A DNA stretch of 36,555 nucleotides, taken from positions 1-36,555 of the forward strand of contig JAPEUI010000145.1 in NCBI GenBank assembly GCA_026025075.1, read 5' to 3'. Source of the DNA: Vezdaea acicularis. Lineage: Eukaryota. A model generated the notes under the pieces. That model did not search any database. It was not told the DNA's origin and was given only the letters and a program-made list of their open reading frames with translations. This document shows positions 26,053-36,555 of the stretch, in pieces; positions within the stretch are counted from its first letter, which is position 1, and every line of letters begins with the position of its first letter. A program made the position numbers and the translations under genes.

Positions 26053-26166
26053 AACCGTGCACGCCCGTCACGACTTCGCATCCCACTTTAGCGATAGCGA
26101 CCTCTACCATCCCAAGTACTTCTATCGACACCTTCTCCGTCGGTAACAAACCAAAAGCCAGTCACC

Positions 26167-28240
26167 ATGGCATCCACTATCTTGGGAAAGCGCTCAAGAG
26201 AAACTCCCGATTCATCAGGTGAGGTGTCTTTCAATCATCTACGGAAGTATCGTACTAACGTTCGTCTCAAGACCCGGTACCTCTGGCAACGCGTTCAAAG
26301 CGGCGTGTACAACCGAAGGTGTACCTCGATGATGAGAGTGATGATCCGTTCATCACTCAAAAAATTCCAAAAAGTGCTCGGAAGCTTCAAGATATCGAGT
26401 TGGAAGACGTTGAGAATTCCAGGCACTACAATGATTCAAGCAAACTATTTCCCGAGAACTTCGTTCCAGTTAAACATGGCGTCCTTGGGGCTAGACTTGC
26501 TCTCTCACCAACGAAGATCCATTCGTATGTCAATACGGCCATCGCTGCCTCTGGTGAGACCCCTTTCCTTCTCTAATCTCAGCTGAAGTTGTCTTACATG
26601 GTGCAGATGAAGCAGGAAAGACCGTCTACCCTCCGACCCCACAAACTCCGCGACGAAGGGATGCACTTTCTAAAAAAGTTCCTGTCACCCCACGGCATCG
26701 TGCCATAGCTAGTGGTAAATTCGGCACTCCTCGCACACCTCGAACACCCACAACCCCTAGTGCTGCGATCCAAACTGTGTATAATGAAGCGCGCCAGCTG
26801 TTCGTCAGAAGCGCTGATCCAGGCCGCCTCATTGGCCGCGAAGAAGAACGAAAGGAGGTCAAAATGTTTGTTCAGTCACATATCCAATCTTTCGGCGGGG
26901 GTTGCATGTACGTCAGCGGTCCGCCCGGGACCGGCAAGAGTGCCTTGATCACCGAGGTGTCCAAGGAATTCGACGAATCGAACACACTTCGAAAGGCATA
27001 CATCAACTGTATGAGCGTGAAAACTTCTAAAGAGATCCTCACTAAGCTATATGGAGATCTATGCGGAGATGAATTGACTGATACAGACGGGGTCAACAAG
27101 CTGCATGATATGTTCACATCTAGACAGCAGGGCGGGCCTATCTATCTCGTTATTCTTGACGAAATAGACCACCTCCTCACCTTAGATCTCGAGATTCTCT
27201 ACAAGCTGTTTGAGTGGTCCTTACAAAAGCAATCTAGACTTGTTCTTATAGGTATTGCGAACGCACTAGACCTTACAGATAGGTTCCTACCACGCCTGAA
27301 GGCACGAAATCTCAAACCTCAGCTGTTGCCATTTCTTCCCTATACAGCACCTCAAATATCAGCCATCATTAGTACACGACTACGGTCACTACCTTCCGGA
27401 AAGACTTTGGGAGTTTCGGAATTCGTGCCTTTCCTTCATCCCGCAGCGATTCAGTTCTGCTCCCGTAAGGTTGCAAGTCAGACTGGTGATCTTCGGAAAG
27501 CATTTGATATCTGTCGCCGAGCCATAGATGCGATTGAAGGAGAGACGAAACAGAAACACCAAGAAAAGTTAATGGAGGCCTCCATCATGGCCAGTCCATC
27601 CAAAGCGCCTCTCACAGAGAATATCAACTTGTCCTCACCTTCTTCAATACTGTCACCGAGCCGACATCTGTCAAAAGCCAACACCCATACACTGGCGGAA
27701 TCCCTAGCAATTCTTACTCCCGAGAACGCACCCCGTGCCACGATCGCTCATATAGCAAAGATAACTTCCTCGATTTTCAGCAACGGTGCGACCCAGCGTC
27801 TTCAAAACCTTAATCTCCAGCAGAAAGCCGCACTTTGCGCTCTGGTCGCACTTGAAAAGAAGAAACGGGCAACGACGTCAGACATTATGGCGACACCCTC
27901 TAAGTCCGCCCGAGCTGCGCCAACGATACGGGCTTTATACGAATCATACGCAATGCTCTGTAAGCGCGATCATCTGCTGCATCCTTTAAGCAGTACTGAG
28001 TTCAGGGACGTTGTCGGAAGCTTGGAGACATTATCTTTAGTCAACACGTTGGATGGTAAGGCAGGATCTCTGACAGGATCGGGCACACCAAGCAGAAAGG
28101 GCAAAAGTTCGTTCAAGATGGGAACTGGTGATGAGAAGAGAGTAGGCAGTTGTGTAGGGGAGAAGGAACTTGAAGAAGCTGTTCAAGGCGCCGGAAGCAG
28201 TATCCTACGGGGAATCCTTAGCGGGGACGCCCTGGATTAA
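26167..28240 (+). CDS. CDC6: Cdc6/Cdc18 AAA+ replication initiator; exons 26167-26218, 26272-26553, 26607-28240 (655 aa)
   Basis: TP/TPR CDK-site-rich N-terminus, GREEE, YVSGPPGTGKS (Walker A), LDEIDHL (Walker B), IGIANALDLTDRFLPRL and GDLRKAFDIC. Introns 26219-26271 and 26554-26606. Confidence 0.95.
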
Positions 28241-28654
28241 GGGTTATACCATTGATGTTAGCGGGGTAATTGATTGCATAGCGGCTTAAATGTAGTTCAC
28301 CGGTCGTTACGAAAGATTGAATTGGATAGAAGATTGAATTCCATGCTCTAATTAGAATGATGGAACTGAACGTGTGACTGTTTACGCGTCTCATTTGTCC
28401 ATGGCTGTTAGAAACGACATCAACGAGCGACACCTACCCAATCCGTGGGATGGCGAGGGGACCGGGGACCTGCAGTGCGGATCACAGCTCGCTAGAGTGC
28501 GGGACCCGAGCTTTGTGCAGCACTGTTTAAATATCACACCGCCCCTCACCACAATTTCTTCACGCTTTTGAAGTCTTTTTACTTTATGATAACCCATTGA
28601 ATCTTACATCTAAACGCTACACCTATACAACTAAGAGCCTAAGGTATTGGCGTC

Positions 28655-29618
28655 ATGTCGGGACCTTTGGCTGAAGTTGACACGAATGCTTTCCCACCTC
28701 TCGAAAAACGGCCAATAGCTAATACAATTTGCCTCTTTGATGTTGACGGCACGCTCACTCCCGCCAGGCGGGTAAGGGCCCATTGAGATTCCTAGACGTT
28801 TCCACAGCTCATTGAATCTTCTATCAGGACGCCTCTGTCGAAATGCTTGCCCTTCTGTCACAGCTACGATCCAAGTGTGCCATCGGCTACGTCGGCGGTT
28901 CTGACCTCGTCAAACAGCAAGAGCAGCTCGGAGGGCCCGGCATTTCCGTTACAAGCCTGTTCGATTTCTGCTTCGCCGAGAACGGGCTTACTGCCTTTCG
29001 CCTAGGCGAACCTCTGGCTTCCCAAAGCTTCATCACATGGCTAGGGGAGGAGAAGTATCAACGTCTGGCTAACTTCTGTCTGCGATACATTGCGGACTTA
29101 AAGTTACCAGTGAAGAGAGGCACGTTCGTGGAGTTTCGGAATGGCATGGTCAATATCAGCCCTGTGGGGCGAAATGCAAGCGTACAGGAGAGGCACGACT
29201 ATGAGGCCTATGACAAGATACATGGGATCCGAACCGCGTTCGTGGAGGCTTTGAAAAAGGAGTTCCCAGACTTCGGTTTGACGTGAGTGGCCACCTACTT
29301 GTGTCAATTGACGCCTCTGTTTGAAAGGTTTACCACTTGTGTGCTGAACTGAAAACATGATTTAGGTACTCCATTGGCGGGCAAATCTCCTTTGATGTTT
29401 TCCCCCATGGATGGGACAAAACGTACTGTTTGCAGCATATCGAAGCTGAATCGAAGCGGCCCGGGGGGGTCACTTACAAGACGATCCACTTCTTTGGAGA
29501 CAAGACCTATAAGGGCGGGAATGACTATGAGATCTACACAGATAGCAGAGTCATTGGCCATGCGGTGGAGAGTCCTGATGACACGATGCGGGAGTTGAAG
29601 AAGCTCTTTGATCTTTAG
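28655..29618 (+). CDS. SEC53: Phosphomannomutase (HAD-IIB); exons 28655-28771, 28828-29282, 29366-29618 (274 aa)
   Basis: Motifs [51 protein letters not shown] and [14 protein letters not shown]. Introns 28772-28827 and 29283-29365. Confidence 0.96.
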
Positions 29619-29943
29619 GACTCCTGCTGGAGGATGTGAATGAGCGATGTCATGCTTAAAATGCCACCATTTATGATACTCCAAAAGCTAGACGATCTGC
29701 ATTTAGAACGCCTTATTGTAGGAATGAACTTTACATGACATGAACCTGTATATACAACTCCGTCGTGTTTCATTGTTCTTATAAAGGAAGTCTTACGTAA
29801 GAGAAAGTAAGTGCCACTCAATTGCACGGCAATTGCGGCTATGATATGGGAGAGAAAGCCCTCGCACTGAGTTTCACGCCCGCCATGCTCAACAAATGCT
29901 CCCTTGAAATGGCCTTTTCTCGGAATATCATAAAGGAGGCCCA

Positions 29944-30738
29944 TCACATCAGCAGCCTCCAAGCACCCAGAATCAAGGCTGCCGTGCCCGTGCAAACACC
30001 CATCAGCCACTGCAGCGTACTGAACTTGACACCCTCGACCCTCTCCCGCAAGCCCGCCACCTCCTGCTCAATCCTCGTTTCCGTCTCCTTGATCTTCAAC
30101 TCCTGCACATTGGCCTCCTCCCTAATCCTGCCCTTCTCGAGATTCAAATCCAGACGGACACTCGCCTGGGTCCGTCCGATCTCATCTCTCAAGCGGCCAT
30201 TCAGCTTCGCCAGATCGTTGGCGAGCCGCTCGTGGCTGGTGCGCGTGAGCGACGACTCCGTGGAGTCGGCGGAGAGCAGCTCGGAGCGCAGTTTGGCGAA
30301 GTCGACTTTTTGCGTGTATGTCGATTTCTCTTGGTCTTCGCGCAGCACCATCGTTCGCGTGAGGTTCTGGATCGACTCTTCGATCACGTCGGAGAGGACT
30401 CGCATCAGTGCCACGGATTGCTCTTCGGAGAAACCCTCGTCGTGTAGGCGTTGTACGAATTTTAGGGTGTCGAAGTGGTGGTCGCGGAGGCGGTGAGGGG
30501 CACTGGAGAAGGGGCGTTGGGTGAGGAGGGATGAGGCGCGAATGAGGGGGCGTGGGGAGTGGACATTGTGGATTGATGAGGTTATGTTGTGTCTTGGAGG
30601 GTTGGAGGAGAGGTGGGGTTGTCGTGAGGTAGAAAAGCTTTTGGCTAGCGGAGATACGGTGGGCCGTAGGATTGCTTGCTTCCACGTTATTGCTGGTAGT
30701 AGAAAACGCGGTAGCGCTTGAGCTGGTATAGCTGCCAT
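29944..30738 (-). CDS. FMP32: Mitochondrial DUF1640/CCDC90-MCUR1 family coiled-coil protein (Fmp32-like), 264 aa, intronless
   Basis: Arg/Ser-rich presequence, HHFDTLKFVQRL..EGFSEEQS motif, long coiled coil (LDLNLEKGR) and a C-terminal TM segment (TLQWLMGVCTGTAALILGAWRLLM). Confidence 0.85.
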   Translation of the reverse strand: MAAIPAQALPRFLLPAITWKQAILRPTVSPLAKSFSTSRQPHLSSNPPRHNITSSIHNVHSPRPLIRASSLLTQRPFSSAPHRLRDHHFDTLKFVQRLHDEGFSEEQSVALMRVLSDVIEESIQNLTRTMVLREDQEKSTYTQKVDFAKLRSELLSADSTESSLTRTSHERLANDLAKLNGRLRDEIGRTQASVRLDLNLEKGRIREEANVQELKIKETETRIEQEVAGLRERVEGVKFSTLQWLMGVCTGTAALILGAWRLLM

Positions 30739-32945
30739 TGCGTTTAAAAGGTGTTCGATGTTGATGATGGATTAGAGGTAATTTCTTTGTCCTGGAGGTT
30801 CGATGTTTGGCACGTGCATTCGCCTGGTGAGTTTGCTACGCTAAACCTTTTAGGGAAATATTCTTTTCTAGAAAATCTCAAGCCACACGGAATGATTTTT
30901 CCAAGTCCGTATGACCGAGCAAACTCTGTCATTTCTTCTTGATTGACATGTCAGCTACTTCTTCACAGCATTCAGGAAGCTAATGCCTGAGTTGATGGCC
31001 TATCTGTCTGGATGTGGAGGAGGCTGTCTTAATTCCGAGCCGGCTCGGTATCTGTGCTCAGATAGCTGCTGTTGACAATTCATCCGGTCCCTCTTCCACA
31101 GAAGAACAACGACTATGCACTTCTTAATCTCCAGGTGGCTAGGACGCTGAGAAGCCTATGCGTCGCTACGTAGTACCATGCTTCATGGTTCTCAAACTCG
31201 CTGGGTTTTTCTTTGCTTGTTCAATGAATTAGCCTGGTCAGGGTTTAACTTAACAAGCGGATGTCCAGCTGTCTCTACGCATATTGGTTTCATCTCAACT
31301 TGCAAAATACTAATCATCCTAGTATTTGTCCTCGGAAAAGGCTATTCATGAATCTTGAATGAGAAGATTATTACGCAACAGAGTTCCAGAAGAGCCGATT
31401 CCCAAGGATCAGGCAAGAGCATCGCGGCTATGAGTTGATGATCAGGCTCTTCGGATCATCTCCAGTACGAAACCATGTGCATCGATCTGCTTGCAGATCA
31501 GTCAGTCATGAGCTATATACAATGAAGGAGACTTCGTCAATAAGGCCACAAGGCAGATTGGTTATGGTGTTCACATTTAAGCGTTATGCGTGTCAGACTC
31601 CCCCCACGACATGGTCCTCGAGCCTAGCTAATGGCGACAATAGGGTCTCGCCGGAGCAATGGGATGGCGTTGGCATCGGCGAATTGCAAGTTTACACTAC
31701 CGGACATCTACCTGCACGCTTTCCCGCCTGTCCCTGCGAACTGAATGGCCGATGCAGAAGTCCTCGCGGCACAGCTGGTCGCATTGCACCGACCCCTGTG
31801 CGCGGCCGGCGACGAATGAGTGCCTCCGGATAGCGGGAGCGTGGGCTAGCGATCGCCGCAGGATCTCGCTGCTTTGCTATTTTTGTCAATTGACTGCCAT
31901 TCCACGGGAACTAATTGCGCTGTTTTTGGTATCATCGCCGGCAGAGGCGTTCTCCTCCTTCCCACCGGCGGGCATTTTGCGACATACTTCAACCACGACC
32001 ATCCCTGACGCAACGGCCATGCACCGGTCATGCAAAGGCGACTCCTTTGGAAAACCGTGGAGGCTTTTGGTTCATGCTTCGTATCGTGTGCGACTAGAAG
32101 CCACCACGGTCAGATTTTAGATGTTCTCGCCACGGCCCCGAGCCGGCATCGAGATCTCCAAGCGGATGATCACTCTGACCACGGCTGACCACACCAGCCT
32201 GGGTTCGCTGGCTGAGATTATGAAGTCAAGAGTCCTTTGTCCCGGCGGGGTGCGAATGGGCTTCAGACGGTTTGAGACTGCAGCGGACGGACCAGTGGCT
32301 GCTCCGGAACGGACTGGATCGCTTGGGGGCCCTTCTAACCGCCTGGCGTTTCTCCGCCATCGGTTGGCTATCTTGCATCTTCCCTCGTGCCTGTCCTTGG
32401 TGCCTTTCGCTGGGGCCGGCCGACTTATCGCTACTTAGCGCTCGGGTCGCACTGGTCGCATTTCACCCGTCCCCTAGAGGTGGCGCGCTAGGCCGCTCAC
32501 AGACTAGCGAACATCGCCGGCGGCCAACCACGGGCGCGATCAACGTGCTGAGCAGTGCTCACATGCAGCAGGGACGGAGCACTTGGAGCACCACTTGCGC
32601 CCTCTCGAGCCAGGGCAATATCGAATGGCAAGGGGCCCGATCTTGCCATTGCGCAACGATTGGGTGCTCGTCCCAGTTCCATGCGTGCAAGCCAGATGCA
32701 TCCATACCTGCCGAGCGCGAGCGTCGACGACTCTCATTGGGAGCTCGTCCCCGCTCGTCGCATGCCCTTGCGCCAGTACGCGCCGAATATAACCACCTCC
32801 CGGGACATCGTACCTTTCCCTGAAGACACACCGCCCTCCCTCGCGAACCCGCTGCTCTTTCTTCTCAGAGCATATATCTATCAAGCCGTCAATCGCAGTC
32901 TGAAAGCCTTCAGGTAGCATTGTGTTGGGGGAATTACTCGTCTTG

Positions 32946-33267
32946 GTGAGCTCCTTTCCAGTCTGGTGCAGATATACCTGCTTGTCTCCGTCGAGGGCTT
33001 GAAGTCGGCGCTTTTCTTTTGAGAATCGAGATCTAATCGCCGCCACTATTGAAGTAGACCTTGAAAGAAGCCCGGGCGCCTATTGACCTTGGGCCACGAC
33101 CGAACTTCCCGTCTCAAGCCACAGAGCCTATCAGAACTGCCAGCGCCGTCTCGCTGTCTCAACTCTACGTGGACTGCTGGTGAGTGCCTCCATTCCCCAA
33201 CCTCCGGACACCCTTCCCCTTCCATACCTTCCAACCTTGATTCTAACTTGGGCTTTTCCCGATCCAG
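32946..33267 (+). other. Two putative 5'-UTR introns of the HAM-8-like gene (32946-33054/33057 and 33180-33267)
   Basis: GTGAGC...ATCTAAT...AAG/TAG and GTGAGT...TTCTAAC...CAG, inside an AUG-free pyrimidine-rich leader. Confidence 0.55.
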
Positions 33268-33587
33268 GTCTGCCACTACGGTCGAGGTCCAGCGCGCGCG
33301 CTTACACAAAAGGCTTGCCTTTCGCCCTCGTCGCATCATCTCTTCTTCTCTTCTCGACAGCAGGCCTCTCCAACGTAAATTTCGTCTTTCACTTATTATT
33401 GCATCCCCCAACACTTCAAAGCTTGGCTCTTTGAACGTGCGTGAGAAGATACTTGCGATCCCTTCCGGTCCATTTGATCTTCGTTCGATTCTCTTGACAA
33501 ACTCTTCGTCTCTGAGTCTGTCTTGAAGATAGCTCCGAGCAGACCGAGGAACTCTCACACCGGGCACTGGTCGAAGCGCATCTCACC

Positions 33588-35214
33588 ATGCCTCCAGTAC
33601 CTCAGAAGAAAGGGATGACCATCCTAACAAGGTCGCGAACATCGTCCGACTCTTCCATACCTTCGCTCAAGACACCACGGACGCCTCGGTTCGCCGAAGC
33701 GACTGCAGTCAACTCACCCATCGATGGACCGACGAAGGCTGGCAAGTCTCCTTTCGACGATCCTCCCGAAGCAACGACAACACATTTCAAGCCTCAACCT
33801 CAGCCGTCGGACGTAGGCTTTGGATACATCTCCGACAACAACCCTACACACCAGGTAGCCTATGTTCCCATGGATGAGGAGAAGCGAGGAATGGCGTCAC
33901 CATTGAAGAGCGCGATGAAGGTGCCGGGAAGTGCACGAAAGATGGACAATCCTCTGAGCCCAAGCTTCCAAGAACCCTCCATCCTGAGCCCAACATGGAA
34001 GGAAGAGAAGGCGGTAGAAGAAGCTGAAAAGAAGAACGATATCGATCAAGCCAAAGACATCGTAAGTTCATCTATCCCACCTGCTACACCCATCAGAATT
34101 CTAACGTGCATTGCCACTAGAAAATCAAAACCCGTGTACGGATGGCAAAGATGGTTTTGCGCGGCGTCAACTTCAGCTGCAGCTTGATCATTCTTTCCCT
34201 TCTCGCCACTACTTTCACGATCTTCAACGCGACAAGGTCTCTTCCTCCCAGGAACAACCTTCCCGCGTGGGCAAACGGCACCAAGACCTGGCCTCAAATC
34301 ACCCTTCTCGTCATGGCTTGCGTCTCTCTAACTTTCTGCCTCGCAGTTTTCTGGAATTACTGGAGAGGAGGTCACAGGCGAGCCGAGAAAGCTGCCATCT
34401 ACTACACTTACTTTGCCGTTGCGACCTTCATGTTCAGTCTTGTCATGTGGGGCATTGCAGCAGGTGTGTTGCAAGGAAGCAGAGCCAGTGGAAATGGTCA
34501 GGACATCTGGGGCTGGAGCTGCAAGGACAACAAGCGCAAACAGCTCTTCCAGAATGATGTTTCCTACTCCTTGGTTTGCAGACTTCAGGTGAGCACCGAA
34601 CAAACGTCAGCTGTGAATCCTTGCTAACAAACATTTAGAATTGGTCCTTGATTTGCATCATCATCGAGGTCATCGTCGAGACCATTACCATCGTCATCTA
34701 CGGAGTCATCTTTTATCGCTTCTACTCCAAGAAGAGACTCCAGAAGACGATGGATCTCCGTCACCGGACTAGGAACGATCTCTATCTCGCTCAGCTCCGC
34801 GTGCAATCTGCACCAAACACCCCAGGCGCACTCTCCCCAACCTTCAAGTCGCCCATGGCCGCTCAATTCCACCATGATCAATACTCGAAGGCAGAGGAAG
34901 GCGACTACTACGGTCCGCAATACGCCGAGGCGAAGACCTTCTCCAAGCCCAAGCCTTTCTCCCTGCAGCCCCCGCCAATCAAAGTACAACAGCCAACACC
35001 GACAACGCCTCAAAATGGCTTCGAATCAGCAGAAACTGTTCGGGAACACGCGCCCAAGGCACCAGGCGAACAGACGTATGACGCAGTCCCGATCCCAGGT
35101 GCATACATGAGCCCAACCAGCCCCGCCTTCCCTCAACAAGTTCACCAGACAATGCAAAACTTCCCCTTCCCAGGGCAAGCAGTCACCACAGACAACAAGA
35201 TCGAGAGGCGGTAG
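33588..35214 (+). CDS. Four-TM MARVEL-like membrane protein of the HAM-8 (hyphal anastomosis)-like family; exons 33588-34061, 34121-34588, 34639-35214 (505 aa)
   Basis: SLKTPRTPRFAEATAV, KIKTRVRMAK..LRGVNFSCSLI, DIWGWSC, VCRLQNWSLICIIIE and LYLAQLR.QSAPNTPG. Introns 34062-34120 and 34589-34638 are canonical. The family assignment is from recall and orthology to ham-8 is not verified. Confidence 0.8.
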
Positions 35215-35788
35215 AACATCACGTATATACATATTTCCTCTTCTACCGTCGTCATAAGATTTTCTACTGGGTCTGCATTCTTTGTTTTTACTTGCTGGGT
35301 TTGGTTGGATACCTCATGCGAAAAGACACCTAATCGGTATTGTCGCGATCTGCATTCTTCTTCGTTCTGGGTGCATGCCAGCGGCGCTGGCCTGGCCGTC
35401 AGCGATGTGCCTGCACAGGAATTTGTTCGTGCTGTCGAATGGGGGGGAAAGCGTCCGAGGTGGGTTGATATAGGCGTTGGCATTTGCATTAGCATCTGTT
35501 GTCACTCTTTGTAAATCTTCCCTATTATTGTGTGAAAGGACGTCCCGTAATGAGAGAATGGAGATAGTCTATAAATTAAGATTCTTCAAAAAACTTTTCA
35601 TTCCTTCAAATGTGAGGCCATGAACTTTGTGATAGCCCTCGAAGTCCCAGAGTCCCGCAATATGCGTCACTCGACGAACGTAAGTTTAAGGGGCACTACT
35701 CACCAGGCACCTGGTCGGTAACTTCCATGGCGAGGACCTCGCCTACTGTCGTCATGCCCTCAAAGTTCCAAAGCCTCCCTGCATCAGC

Positions 35789-36495
<707 letters not shown>

Positions 36496-36555
36496 TGAGC
36501 CACCCCTTTCCTCTCTCTTGCTCTCTTGGCTCTAAGGGGCAATATGCGTGCGTGA

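Noticed and set aside
29822..30496. 224-aa plus-strand ORF
   Set aside because: Antisense shadow of the FMP32-like gene.
33046..33567. 173-aa minus-strand ORF
   Set aside because: Antisense to a pyrimidine-rich 5' UTR; its R/E-rich content follows from composition.

Overview
Gene-dense, intron-containing nuclear DNA from a filamentous ascomycete (Pezizomycotina-type short introns with CTRAY branch points and typical protein motifs). I reconstructed 13 protein genes by hand with frame-consistent splice sites: TRM112, SET1, a conserved ~1023-aa disordered protein, ER cyclophilin B, SWS2, DED1, IES1, a Mn-type CDF transporter, CDC6, SEC53/PMM, an FMP32/DUF1640 protein, a HAM-8-like membrane protein, and URA6 (truncated by the window end). 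I found no tRNA, rRNA, transposon or CRISPR signal. The most interesting signal is in cyclophilin B: an optional terminal intron would switch it between a soluble ER form ending QKEL and a membrane-anchored form, and a perfect hairpin lies inside that intron. Other leads are a candidate spliced orphan gene at ~24.3-24.9 kb, a 222-codon open frame directly after the SET1 TAG stop, a possible multi-stem RNA structure downstream of DED1, a dual-start URA6, and long AUG-free 5' leaders. All structures were paired by eye and no database search was possible.
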